A DNA stretch of 64,000 bases from Candidatus Dojkabacteria bacterium (GTDB lineage Bacteria > Patescibacteriota > Dojkabacteria > GCA-002793355), in assembly GCA_030583685.1 (NCBI GenBank), contig CP129470.1:212345-276344 (forward strand), read 5' to 3'. Below the pieces are notes generated by a model. The model did no database searches, had not been told where the DNA came from, and worked only from the letters and a program-made list of their open reading frames with translations. Shown here piece by piece: positions 18,377 to 28,303 of this stretch. Position 1 is the stretch's first letter, and every line of letters begins with the position of its first letter. Position numbers and translations under genes: made by a program.

Positions 18377-19897
18377 ATGTTAGACAATATCCGACAAACT
18401 CGGCTCCAGAAAATCCAAGCGCTCAGAGATCTGGGAATCAGCCCGTATGTATCTGCCAGAGCAGGCACCTTCCGTACAGAAACCGCCAAGAAGATCAAGG
18501 ATTCCTATGCAGAGCTCGAAAACAAGACCGTTACTGTTGTCGGAAAAGTCATGCTTCTCCGCAGTATTGGGAAAATTGCGTTTGCAACTATTCAAGACGA
18601 AACAGAAAAAATTCAATTATTTTTCAAAGAAGACGATATCACCGATGCACCGTTTTATACCAGCAACGAAGGAGCAGAGCAGGGGAGTGGCAAGCTTTCG
18701 AACAAAGCACTGAGCTACGAGCAAATGAGTTTGCTCGACATTGGTGATTACGTGCAAGCTATCGGGACTGTTGGAAAAACAAAAACAGGAGAAATCTCGG
18801 TCATGGTGAAAAGCTTTACCATTTTATCCAAATCAGTCCGTCCGATGCCTGAAAAATTTCACGGATTACAAAATGTAGAAACACGTTTGCGTAAACGCTA
18901 CTTGGATTTGATTACCGACAGTGAATTACGCGACATGTTCGTCAAGAAATCGATGTTTTGGAAAGCAATTCGCGACTTCATGGTTGGAGAAGGATTTTTG
19001 GAAGTTATTACCCCGATTATGGAAGAAACAACCGGTGGAGCAGATGCAACACCATTCGTCACCCACCACGACGCACTGGACGAAGATTTCTACCTTCGTA
19101 TTTCACCTGAATTACATTTAAAAAGATTGATTGGGGGAGGATACGAAAAAGTATTTGAAATTGGACCGAACTTTCGAAACGAAGGTATTGATGATGAACA
19201 CCTCCAAGAATTCTGGAACATGGAGTTCTATTGGGCATATGCAAACTTCTGGGACAATATGGAATTAGTGAAGAATTTGTATCGCTACATTGCGACCTCA
19301 GTTTTTAACCGCTCAACCTTTACTATGCGTGGACACGAAGTCGATTTTAGTAAAGAATGGGAATATATCGATTACGTTGAAACGATTCAAAAAGCGTTAG
19401 GTATTCATGTTTTAAACGCGACAGAGCAGGAGTTGAGAAATTGTTTGAGCGAGCGACGAGTGAAGTTCGAAGAAAATGCGAGTCGCGAGCGACTCACCGA
19501 TATTTTGTGGAAGCAAGTGCGCGTCAATATTCCAGGTCCCGTATTTCTTATCAACGAACCGACCTCAATGTCACCACTTGCACGTATCAGCGATGTCAAC
19601 CCGACGGTGACCGAGCGCTTCCACGTCATTATTGCAGGAAGTGAACTGGGTAACGGCTACACCGAGCTAATCGACCCACCAGACCAACTCGCTCGTTTTG
19701 AAAAACAACAAGCAATGCGCGACGCAGGCGACACCGAAGCACAGATGATTGACTACGATTTCGTTGAAATGCTTGAGTACGGCATGGCACCAACCACCGG
19801 TTTTGGCATGGGGGAGCGATTATTCTCCTTTATGGTGGACAAGCCAATGCGACAAACGACATTCTTTCCGCAAATGGGACGAAAGGTAAAGGGTTAA
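18377..19897 (+). CDS. lysS: lysyl-tRNA synthetase (class II)
   Basis: OB-fold N-domain then class II core FYLRISPELHLKRLIGGGYEKVFEIGPNFRNEGID…MEFYWAY; TATAAT at 18366-18371, 5 nt before ATG. Confidence 0.9.
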   Translation: MLDNIRQTRLQKIQALRDLGISPYVSARAGTFRTETAKKIKDSYAELENKTVTVVGKVMLLRSIGKIAFATIQDETEKIQLFFKEDDITDAPFYTSNEGAEQGSGKLSNKALSYEQMSLLDIGDYVQAIGTVGKTKTGEISVMVKSFTILSKSVRPMPEKFHGLQNVETRLRKRYLDLITDSELRDMFVKKSMFWKAIRDFMVGEGFLEVITPIMEETTGGADATPFVTHHDALDEDFYLRISPELHLKRLIGGGYEKVFEIGPNFRNEGIDDEHLQEFWNMEFYWAYANFWDNMELVKNLYRYIATSVFNRSTFTMRGHEVDFSKEWEYIDYVETIQKALGIHVLNATEQELRNCLSERRVKFEENASRERLTDILWKQVRVNIPGPVFLINEPTSMSPLARISDVNPTVTERFHVIIAGSELGNGYTELIDPPDQLARFEKQQAMRDAGDTEAQMIDYDFVEMLEYGMAPTTGFGMGERLFSFMVDKPMRQTTFFPQMGRKVKG

Positions 19898-19940
19898 GGC
19901 AAGACCAAAGCTTCAATCCCTTTTATACCTTCAAACCGCT

Positions 19941-20666
19941 TTAATTTGCTTTAATTTGCTTCAACACCTCAGCCATCAACGCTCTCATTTTCTTCACTTC
20001 CTCTCTCGTTGCGATAAACTCTTTTTTTGCAACGACTTCGGTTTCTGCCTCAGACAATGCATTATAATGAGACTTTGCTTTTTCGTATGATTCTTTCACC
20101 TCAATCATCTTTGATTGCGCTCCAGAAACATCAATACCCTCATTATTCAATTCTTCTATCTTTTTTTCGAGTACGGGAATAAACTTCGTTTCTAAATTAT
20201 TCAACACCTGCCTGAGTGAAACAGTATACCCATGCACGATATGCATCCTTCTGATTTCCTGAGAAACCGCAGTAAAGCGTTCTCTTGCTTCTCGCACTAA
20301 GCGTCGTACGGCAACAATGTCGTTTTGTTCATTAATCCTTTGAGATTGCGTCGTAAACCAGGTTATTTCTTCATCAATTTTCGTAACAATAAGCTGCTTT
20401 GTTTCCGTGTCCAAAGTTTTGTGAGAAATAACCCGAACTCGTAAACCATTCAGGCGTTGTAAAAATTGATTACGAAGGATAGTGATTGCAATTGTTTTTC
20501 CTTTTCTTGCTGCTGTCTCACGGGCTTGCTGTGAGACGTCAGAAGAAGTTTGCATTCTCCCACGTGGAGTAGGGGAGACAGTTTGTGCAGACACAGAGGG
20601 AGCCAATAACACCATCGTCGCCAATACAAGTGCGAGTATGCTGATACGTAAATTTTCTGTTTTCAT
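19941..20666 (-). CDS. secreted coiled-coil protein (signal peptide, 241 aa)
   Basis: MKTENLRISILALVLATMVLLAPSVSAQ signal; charged heptad-like remainder. Confidence 0.5.
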   Translation of the reverse strand: MKTENLRISILALVLATMVLLAPSVSAQTVSPTPRGRMQTSSDVSQQARETAARKGKTIAITILRNQFLQRLNGLRVRVISHKTLDTETKQLIVTKIDEEITWFTTQSQRINEQNDIVAVRRLVREARERFTAVSQEIRRMHIVHGYTVSLRQVLNNLETKFIPVLEKKIEELNNEGIDVSGAQSKMIEVKESYEKAKSHYNALSEAETEVVAKKEFIATREEVKKMRALMAEVLKQIKAN

Positions 20667-20667
20667 A

Positions 20668-21069
20668 TTACTCCTCCTCAGTTACTTGAGATAATTCCTT
20701 TTCCAACGTGGCAGCTTCTGTGCCTGACAAGTCCTTTTCCAAGGTATCTAATTCTCGAGCATTTCCCTCGACCGATGCAATATCTTCGTCTAATTCACGA
20801 GTGAATTGTACGTAATCTGCGTCAGATTCTAACGCTTGAATGGTACTCGTTGGTGTAGGAGTTGGTGTGATTGCCCCTTGCAACTCCGAGGAATTTCCCA
20901 TTTGAGGGTTAACACCAAGCATATTAATGACAACACCAACGACACCGAGCAGTATAATAAGTCCCAGAATCTTGAGTGATGCTTCCATTCCACCTCCATC
21001 CATGATATGTCCTGTTAATTTAGTGTGTGAAACACAGTTCATTGTACCGTTAGTACGATTTTTTTTCAA
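20668..21069 (-). CDS. small single-TM protein (start probably at an internal Met near MDGGGMEAS)
   Basis: One hydrophobic helix ILGLIILLGVVGVVINML then TPTPTPTS linker and acidic tail. Confidence 0.4.
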   Translation of the reverse strand: MKKNRTNGTMNCVSHTKLTGHIMDGGGMEASLKILGLIILLGVVGVVINMLGVNPQMGNSSELQGAITPTPTPTSTIQALESDADYVQFTRELDEDIASVEGNARELDTLEKDLSGTEAATLEKELSQVTEEE

Positions 21070-21128
21070 TTATTCACCTCAGTTAAAAACTTTGCTATAC
21101 TGACAAAATAATATTACCCTTATCTTCA

Positions 21129-24056
21129 ATGGAAATCACAAGACCCGAACAATCCACTCAAAAAAGTAACTCAAAGGTTGCAATACTTGCAGTTATTCTG
21201 GGTGCAATTCTCCTCCTTGCTCCGGTTGCCTACGTCTCTTATTCCAATAGGCAAGTAGACAAACGCACAGAGAACACTACCATACAAGTGTCTACAGATA
21301 ATGAAGAAATTCGAGGTGCAATTGCAAAAGAGTTACTCTATGTAGGATCAGGAGTATCCGATTATTACTCACCAACACTAGATGTTACCTTTACCGTTGA
21401 TACTTCGATTTTGGCAACTTCAGAAGGAGGAAAATCTGTTGCACTTTTTCCAAAAGACTTTAGTACTGGCAATACTGCACAACTTGAGCTCCTTGAAGAG
21501 GATCCTGTGACTTACTTTGCAGATTATTACCGAGGTTATACAAAACTGAATGTCAGTTCGCCGACAGAAAAGGAAGGATTTTCTGAATTTGTCGTTACTT
21601 ATGAACGGGAAGACTACCTGGAGAAAGGGAAAACACACGACATGACCATCACCATACTGTATCGCCACTTTCCTGAAGAGAAAAAATATGGAGTACTTCG
21701 AATCATAACGACAAGCCCCGCAGTTCTAAACGACCACCTCCGCGCACAATATGAAAAAGTTATGACATCACTCTCACTTTCACCCGAAAACGTTTCTCCA
21801 ACGGTGACAACAATACTGTCGGATTTGTCATTAACAGTAAAACTTGACAGAAAGCGATGGAGTATTTCATCACAAAATGATACTTATCTCTCTGCCAGCT
21901 ATGTTGCTGAAACATTTGATGAACCTCATGTCTTTGTCACGGTTTCCGGATATTCAAATTTTTCCAAAGACGGAATCGACGACCTAAAAGCAGAAATGGA
22001 AAGTGAAAAAACCGCCGCTCAAAAATATTACGAGAATGTCAAAATAACGAAAGACATAGCACTTTGGGACAAGAAAATAGGAGAGCAAGAGGCGGTTGTC
22101 TTTGAATATACCTATACCTCGAACGATGACACGGTGTATGTGCGTCACCTCTACAGCTACTCAGCAGACAAAAAAAACATCGTCACCGTCACAACGACAA
22201 AATTTGTTAAAACAAAAAGTACCTTTACAGGGGCCTATGCAGCAAACGACATTGACGCACTCTATGCTGGATTTTCGTATTCAGCCGATGTTAAAGGAGT
22301 AATGTCGCGCGTTGGCGCAACATCGGAACTTGGAATCGAGAAGCCTGCGGTTGTAGGAAAACTTGGTACGGTTCACCTTTCATCAACCTTGTGTGCTCAC
22401 CTAAAAATTAACGACACAACAAACCTTCCACGCCTTTCAACACGCACATTTGAAATTTGTTCAACAAGTTTCGGATCAGGTTTTTTTGTAAACGCATCAG
22501 GACATATCGTCACTAATGCTCACGTTGTTGCAAACAATCCATTCTCCTCACTTGAGGAACTCTTTACAAGCAGGAATTCGCAACTCTTTCAGGCAATTTA
22601 TTCCGAAATTTTCATGGATTTCATGGAATATTATGATGTCTCTGAAATTACTCCTGCCCAACAACAAGAATTTGAAAACCTTGTTCTTGTTCATATCTTG
22701 AGATTGATTGGACAGAAAAGAATAACGTTTGAGAATACAACGTATGAGATATATCTTGAGTCGGGCAAACCCTTCATAGTCGATACCGCTTCAGGAAAGC
22801 TAAAAGATCCAGAAAACTACATTAAACTTGAGTTAGTGCAAACCAATGCGCTTAAGAGCAAACTTGAACACCTCGGAACACTCATTGTCGAGAACAAAAA
22901 CTTGAACGAAAATCCATTTGTCTTAGATGTGGCCGATCTTGCCGTAGTGAAAGTCTTGAACTCAACAGGGAAATACCCAGTACTTGGGTTAGCAGATGCA
23001 AGAACCATTATTGAAGGTTCCCCACTCCTTACTATCGGATTCCCCGGCGTCGCTGATAACAGAGCACTCTTTTCTGAAGTATCTTCCATGAGCGCAACAA
23101 TCGCGAAAGGAAACATCAGCGCAGTGAAAACAAATCCAACCAACGCATTTAAGTTTATCCAAACCGATGCTTCAATTAACCGAGGAAATAGTGGCGGGCC
23201 GATGGTCAACCAAGTCGGCGATGTTGTTGGTGTTTCGACCTACATGATGGTTAGTGATAACGGCAATTACGGAGCAGGTGTTTCTGTTGAAGAAGTGGTA
23301 AAACTACTCAACAATGCAAATATTCAAACCAGCGAGAGCACCATTAGCACAACATTGCTTTCAGCACTTGAAAATATTCAAAAAGAGTATTACAGCTGGG
23401 CAGTGACTGACCTTGAAGCAGTTATTGCCGAATACCCACTCAGCAGATCACTCATTGAACCAATCAAGTTACTTGCACAAGAGCAAATTGACTCTGGAAA
23501 TGACAATACCCCGGTCTTAACCATCGGCAATTGGTACATTCATCCAGGAGACATGATTTACATTTTCATTGGGCTTGGAGTAGCACTTCTTTTGATGATC
23601 ATCGGTGTCGTTCTACTCTTGAGAAAACCAAAGGGCCCTAAAGTGGTGATGCCAACCCCAGAAACTCCAGCACAGCCAGTCGATACACTTCCAACCCCAC
23701 TATATGATCAAATCCCCGTCACCCCAATAGAAGCTACCCCTTCTGTACCTGTTGCTGAAGTAACACCAACAGCTGTCTCCACAACTACTGACCTTGGTGC
23801 AGTTTCTCACGAGAATGAAGCAGCAAACATACAACGCATGACCTCCGCAGAAATACAGCAACCAATGAACCCACTCCCACCGGTAACAACACAACCATCT
23901 GACGTTGTTGTACCATTACAACCAACAGAAGCAGAGCAACAATCATACGCCAACCAACCACCACAAACCTCGGGCACGACATCGGTCGCAACTTCTCAAT
24001 TACCACAAGAACCAGGACACGAAGAAATAGTTAATTCAAATGAGGAAAAACAATGA
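21129..24056 (+). CDS. membrane-anchored trypsin-like (S1C/HtrA-family) serine protease with large N-terminal domain, C-terminal TM helix and about 170-aa Pro/Thr/Gln-rich tail
   Basis: His in GSGFFVNASGHIVTNAHVV, Asp in DVADLAVVKV, Ser in INRGNSGGPMVN; N-terminal TM (AILAVILGAILLLAPVAYV); second TM IYIFIGLGVALLLMIIGVVLLL. Confidence 0.7.
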   Translation: MEITRPEQSTQKSNSKVAILAVILGAILLLAPVAYVSYSNRQVDKRTENTTIQVSTDNEEIRGAIAKELLYVGSGVSDYYSPTLDVTFTVDTSILATSEGGKSVALFPKDFSTGNTAQLELLEEDPVTYFADYYRGYTKLNVSSPTEKEGFSEFVVTYEREDYLEKGKTHDMTITILYRHFPEEKKYGVLRIITTSPAVLNDHLRAQYEKVMTSLSLSPENVSPTVTTILSDLSLTVKLDRKRWSISSQNDTYLSASYVAETFDEPHVFVTVSGYSNFSKDGIDDLKAEMESEKTAAQKYYENVKITKDIALWDKKIGEQEAVVFEYTYTSNDDTVYVRHLYSYSADKKNIVTVTTTKFVKTKSTFTGAYAANDIDALYAGFSYSADVKGVMSRVGATSELGIEKPAVVGKLGTVHLSSTLCAHLKINDTTNLPRLSTRTFEICSTSFGSGFFVNASGHIVTNAHVVANNPFSSLEELFTSRNSQLFQAIYSEIFMDFMEYYDVSEITPAQQQEFENLVLVHILRLIGQKRITFENTTYEIYLESGKPFIVDTASGKLKDPENYIKLELVQTNALKSKLEHLGTLIVENKNLNENPFVLDVADLAVVKVLNSTGKYPVLGLADARTIIEGSPLLTIGFPGVADNRALFSEVSSMSATIAKGNISAVKTNPTNAFKFIQTDASINRGNSGGPMVNQVGDVVGVSTYMMVSDNGNYGAGVSVEEVVKLLNNANIQTSESTISTTLLSALENIQKEYYSWAVTDLEAVIAEYPLSRSLIEPIKLLAQEQIDSGNDNTPVLTIGNWYIHPGDMIYIFIGLGVALLLMIIGVVLLLRKPKGPKVVMPTPETPAQPVDTLPTPLYDQIPVTPIEATPSVPVAEVTPTAVSTTTDLGAVSHENEAANIQRMTSAEIQQPMNPLPPVTTQPSDVVVPLQPTEAEQQSYANQPPQTSGTTSVATSQLPQEPGHEEIVNSNEEKQ

Positions 24057-25228
24057 GCGCAACAGATTTTTGGTATGAATTCACCGATTTACTCAAGAGT
24101 GGAGAAGCGGTTTTCTCAATCGGGAGCTTTGGTATTACCGGAAGTATGTTGCTCTGGGTTGTCGGTATCACCTTTGCAATTCTCCTGGTCTTCGGATTGC
24201 GAGCAGGATACAAATGGATAACCGGAGCAGATCTAAAGAAAGGAGAGCAGCAAGTCGCAAACACAGAAATAGCACCACCCGTAGAGCAACAAGCAAGTCC
24301 TTTACCTCAAAATAATGCCACAACTACCGCACAGACAGATGCATCCAATGAGACAGCTAAATCGCCCGTGGCATCAGCCTCTCCGCAGGAACTGCTGACT
24401 GATACCTCAGGAAGAAAACGCTCTCTTCACGACTTTGTTACGCCAGATGCGATTCATACCGATGTCGTGAAACAAACACTTAACAACGATTTCCCTTACG
24501 AAACACTTAAACCAAATCCAGTGAGTATTGGCGTTCCTGAAACAACAACACCTGCAACATCACCAGAGCCGAGTACACAACCTGTTTCACAAACAACAGA
24601 AGGAAATATCGCAGTGTCTGTTCAACAACCTCCCGTGAAACCCGATACTCCCGCGACAGATATTCCATCACCAGAAGTTAAAGCCAATGAGTCATTCAAA
24701 GAACCAATGACGTCATCTGTTACAGAATCAGGACAATCTGCAGCAACAACGCCACAAATTGCAGTGGCACTATCTCCACAAGAGAATACCCTCACTAATC
24801 CACCCAAAGAGGCAGCTACACCAGAAACTTCTGCGACTTCAGATACAATCACCCCTGTTGTTACAACGTCGTCACCCGCTGCTTCAATGATTCCAAACCA
24901 ACACGCAGATGTTTCCTCCGCTGCCGTCCAACAAGAACAACCACAACAGACAGCGCAGGTTCAGGCTCCGTCAACACTCCCCACCCAAGAAAAAGCAAGT
25001 TCACCTTCACCGGTAGTCGTCGCCGAGAGCTCTCAGTCAGTTCCACAAACAACATCACCACAAACACAACCTACAACTACAACAGCCGCTGCTCCTCAAA
25101 ATGCAGCTTTGCCACCATTACCAAAAACTGAACCTCGAGCATCAATGGTGGTTGGCGTAGCTGACGCGAAAGGCCCTGATGCAATTACAGCAAAAGAGTA
25201 TAACCCGGCAGATCCAGTTATTCCGTAA
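24053..25228 (+). CDS. membrane-anchored low-complexity (Pro/Thr/Ser/Gln-rich, probably disordered) protein
   Basis: Start overlaps previous stop (ATGA); TM at residues about 22-48, then biased composition. Confidence 0.5.
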   Translation: MSATDFWYEFTDLLKSGEAVFSIGSFGITGSMLLWVVGITFAILLVFGLRAGYKWITGADLKKGEQQVANTEIAPPVEQQASPLPQNNATTTAQTDASNETAKSPVASASPQELLTDTSGRKRSLHDFVTPDAIHTDVVKQTLNNDFPYETLKPNPVSIGVPETTTPATSPEPSTQPVSQTTEGNIAVSVQQPPVKPDTPATDIPSPEVKANESFKEPMTSSVTESGQSAATTPQIAVALSPQENTLTNPPKEAATPETSATSDTITPVVTTSSPAASMIPNQHADVSSAAVQQEQPQQTAQVQAPSTLPTQEKASSPSPVVVAESSQSVPQTTSPQTQPTTTTAAAPQNAALPPLPKTEPRASMVVGVADAKGPDAITAKEYNPADPVIP

Positions 25229-25964
25229 CGATTCCACAAAGGGAGAAAATCTCTGTTCGAACGGTATTGAATCCGTTTATTCGAGTTAGACTTGCAGAAT
25301 AATCCAATAAAATTTCCTCCAAATCTACCATAGTTTCTAGCAACTGCGCGATTCTTTTCTTCTGCTCCCACTGTAATTCAAGGAGCACATTGAACATCCT
25401 CACTTTTTCTTCCAAACCACCCCTAATCCGTGACTTTCCTAATGAGGAAATTGCTGCCTTACTTTCAACTAGAGAAAGAACAAGCTTCATGCCATTTGGT
25501 TTTGTTTTACTTAGACGATCTGTTATCTTCTGAGACTGAGCAACGGCAATTGCCTCACCATAGACAAGCAGTTGTTCAACCAAAGTACCTAAATCAAAAA
25601 GAATTGCGGCATACTCATCATTACGTTGAAGATTTTGGAAATAGAGAAGCGAAACAAACAGTTCTGAAACTGAAACGATTTGTGTTATGTTTTCAAGTGT
25701 TTGAACCCCCTCCACGGTCAACCCTGTAAATGAACGTGCTAATAACGGTTTGTCAAAGTCTTTTGCAATCTTATTAAAGAAGTTTGTTCTTTCCTTGTTC
25801 ATTGCTTCTGTATTAACGGTACCAAGAGGGAACACAGCAGAAAACCACTTTGCCAAAAGAAGATGCCTCACCTGTTGTTCGGCTTGCTTTCCATGAAACA
25901 TGTCATCTAGGCCACAGATAATCCGAATATACGCATCTTTATTTTTTGTTCCATCCTGTTTCAT
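25218..25964 (-). CDS. hypothetical protein (248 aa)
   Basis: ORF only. Confidence 0.4.
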   Translation of the reverse strand: MKQDGTKNKDAYIRIICGLDDMFHGKQAEQQVRHLLLAKWFSAVFPLGTVNTEAMNKERTNFFNKIAKDFDKPLLARSFTGLTVEGVQTLENITQIVSVSELFVSLLYFQNLQRNDEYAAILFDLGTLVEQLLVYGEAIAVAQSQKITDRLSKTKPNGMKLVLSLVESKAAISSLGKSRIRGGLEEKVRMFNVLLELQWEQKKRIAQLLETMVDLEEILLDYSASLTRINGFNTVRTEIFSLCGIVTE

Positions 25965-26018
25965 CGCTCATTGTAACACTCGCATTGCGAATATTCGAGA
26001 AAAGACTTACAATTCGTT

Positions 26019-26939
26019 ATGGCAATGAAAAAAATTTCTTGGGTACTTCCCATTTTTAACGAACAAGAAAATCTGCCAAGACTGTATAGTGCCCTGCAAA
26101 CGCTTCGAGAACATCTTAAAGAACGGTACCTCGTTGAATTCATCTTTGTTGACGACGGGAGCAAGGACAATTCACTTGAACAATTAACGAAGCTCTATGA
26201 AAAAGATCCAGATGTGAATGTATTGTCTTTTTCTCGCAATTTCGGCCATCAGATTGCAATTACCGCAGGATTAGACGCTGCAACCGGAGACGCCATAATT
26301 TTCATGGATGCAGATCTTCAAGACCCCCCAGAAGTTTGCTACGACCTGATTACAGCTTGGGAGCAGGGGAGTGATGTTGCCTACGCAAAACGGAGAAAAA
26401 GAAAAGATAGTTTCCTGAAAAAACTAACTGCATATATTTTCTATCGAGTGCTTCGTAAATTTGCGGAAATCGATATCCCTGCCGACACCGGCGATTTCCG
26501 CCTCATTACTCGACAGGTTGCCGACACACTTAAAACATTCCCAGAGAAGCACCGATTTATGCGTGGTTTGGTCAGTTACATTGGATTCAAACAAACTCCT
26601 GTTTTATTTGATAGAAACGAAAGAAAAGCAGGAAAGTCCGGCTATTCGATAAAAAAAATGTTTCGCCTGGCAGAAGATGCTTTCACCGGATTTTCACTTG
26701 CACCGATTATGATTGTTGGTGTTTTAGGAACCCTCCTTGCACTTATTGGACTCGCGGGAACAGTGCTTGGATTGTTTCTGCCGTCTGAGCTGCTCATCAT
26801 TATTAGCTTTATGACCGCATTATCTGGCGTTATTATGGTCTCTCTGGCCACGATAGGGCAATATATTGGCAGAACATATCAACAAGTGCAAGATAGACCT
26901 TTGTATATTTTGCAAAAAAAATTACTGCATTCCCCATGA
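26019..26939 (+). CDS. GT2 polyprenyl-phosphate glycosyltransferase (GtrB/ArnC/Dpm1-like) with C-terminal TM helices
   Basis: VLPIFNEQENL…FIFVDDGSKDNS…FSRNFGHQIAITAGLDAATGDAIIFMDADLQDPP; two C-terminal hydrophobic helices. Confidence 0.82.
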   Translation: MAMKKISWVLPIFNEQENLPRLYSALQTLREHLKERYLVEFIFVDDGSKDNSLEQLTKLYEKDPDVNVLSFSRNFGHQIAITAGLDAATGDAIIFMDADLQDPPEVCYDLITAWEQGSDVAYAKRRKRKDSFLKKLTAYIFYRVLRKFAEIDIPADTGDFRLITRQVADTLKTFPEKHRFMRGLVSYIGFKQTPVLFDRNERKAGKSGYSIKKMFRLAEDAFTGFSLAPIMIVGVLGTLLALIGLAGTVLGLFLPSELLIIISFMTALSGVIMVSLATIGQYIGRTYQQVQDRPLYILQKKLLHSP

Positions 26940-28297
26940 AAAAAGTTGCCGTCATTGGAGCAGGGTTTACGGGCTTAACTGCAGCTTACGAACTCAGTAA
27001 AAAAGGATTTGAGGTCACCGTTTTCGAAAAGAGCACAGATATTGGTGGTCTTGCCGGTGGTTTTACGTTGCAAGGAGCTTCACTCGAAAAAGCATATCAC
27101 CATCTCTTTAAATCTGATACCGACATTCTCAAACTCATTGCTGAACTTGGACTTCGTGAAGAATTAAAATGGTTCGAAAGCAAAGTTGGAATGATTGTTC
27201 GAGAGAAAGACAGTAGTGGACAGATAACCTCAAGAACGCTCCCGTTCAACGGTGTCAAAGACCTTCTTTTCTACAAACCACTCTCATTTTTCAACCGTCT
27301 TCGTGCAGGTGCAGTGCTATTCTTTTTGCAAAAATTTACCCTTTGGGAAATGCTCATTGCAACACCCGCAGCAACCTGGATGAAAAAAGCATCTGGTATG
27401 CAAGTTATGGAAAAAATTTGGACTCCGTTGTTGAGTGGAAAGTTTGCTCATTTCGCAGAAAAAGTTTCTATGGCATGGCTCTGGGCTCGTATTCATATTC
27501 GTGCAAATTCTCGAACGAGTATCTTTGAAAAAGAGTTACTGGCATACCCTAGAAATGGCTTCCATTCAATCGCAAAAAAGCTTGCGGAACAGATTGCCCA
27601 GCTACAAAATAAAAAGGAACAAGACGTCATTAAAACAACAACGACAATCGAGAAAATAGCGTACAACGATGACGGAACTGCCGAATTATACATTGACAAG
27701 AAGAAGCATTCTTTTGACGCCATCGTGGCAACAATTCCTGCAAAAGCATTTTCTGCACTCATAGCTCCAGAAGCACAACAGAAACTTGATCTGAACAAGA
27801 AAGTTATCGATTACTTGGGTGCAGTTGTGCTCGTGTTTACCTCATCACAATCACTCTCCAAGTTCTACTGGCACACGATTACCGATACAACAGCACCATT
27901 TCTTGTTTTTTTGCAGCACACGAATCTTGTTCCAACCTCCTGGTATAACGGTCAGCAGGTCTATTACATTGGCGTGTATATTCCTCACGAACATCGCTAC
28001 TTTTCACCAGAGATGACACCTGAGAAGATTCAGAAAGAGTGGTTCTCCTATGTGAAACAGGTGTTCCACGAATTCGACGAGAATAAAATCGCCGAAGCAC
28101 ATCTCTTCAAGTTCCCGTTTGCCCAACATGTTGTTGATACCGCCTATCCTGAAAAAATTTTACCGTACAAATTACCGTTGCCTCACACTTATTTGGCGAA
28201 CTTCTCACAAATATTTCCTGAAGACCGGGGAACAAATTATGCCGTTCGAGAAGGAAAGAAAATTGCAGACCTTGTTGCGGAAGAACTGCTACAATAA
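26936..28297 (+). CDS. FAD-dependent oxidoreductase (amine-oxidase/protoporphyrinogen-oxidase/UDP-galactopyranose-mutase superfamily)
   Basis: N-terminal Rossmann VAVIGAGFTGLTAAYEL…VTVFEKSTDIGGLAGG. Confidence 0.65.
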   Translation: MKKVAVIGAGFTGLTAAYELSKKGFEVTVFEKSTDIGGLAGGFTLQGASLEKAYHHLFKSDTDILKLIAELGLREELKWFESKVGMIVREKDSSGQITSRTLPFNGVKDLLFYKPLSFFNRLRAGAVLFFLQKFTLWEMLIATPAATWMKKASGMQVMEKIWTPLLSGKFAHFAEKVSMAWLWARIHIRANSRTSIFEKELLAYPRNGFHSIAKKLAEQIAQLQNKKEQDVIKTTTTIEKIAYNDDGTAELYIDKKKHSFDAIVATIPAKAFSALIAPEAQQKLDLNKKVIDYLGAVVLVFTSSQSLSKFYWHTITDTTAPFLVFLQHTNLVPTSWYNGQQVYYIGVYIPHEHRYFSPEMTPEKIQKEWFSYVKQVFHEFDENKIAEAHLFKFPFAQHVVDTAYPEKILPYKLPLPHTYLANFSQIFPEDRGTNYAVREGKKIADLVAEELLQ

Positions 28298-28303
28298 GCA
28301 TCT

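Noticed and set aside
19951-19969. 19-nt near-repeat TTAATTYGCTTCAACACCT shared with 29592-29610
   Set aside because: One copy lies in the coding 3' end of 19941..20666 and the other in a promoter region. A 18/19 match is expected about once by chance in this window. The shared core is the common -35-like TTGCTT.
23500-23640. HPGDMIYIFIGLGVALLLMIIGVVLLLRKPKGPK in the HtrA-like protein resembling a sorting signal
   Set aside because: It lacks the D-T-G core and is followed by a 170-aa tail, so it is an ordinary internal TM helix.
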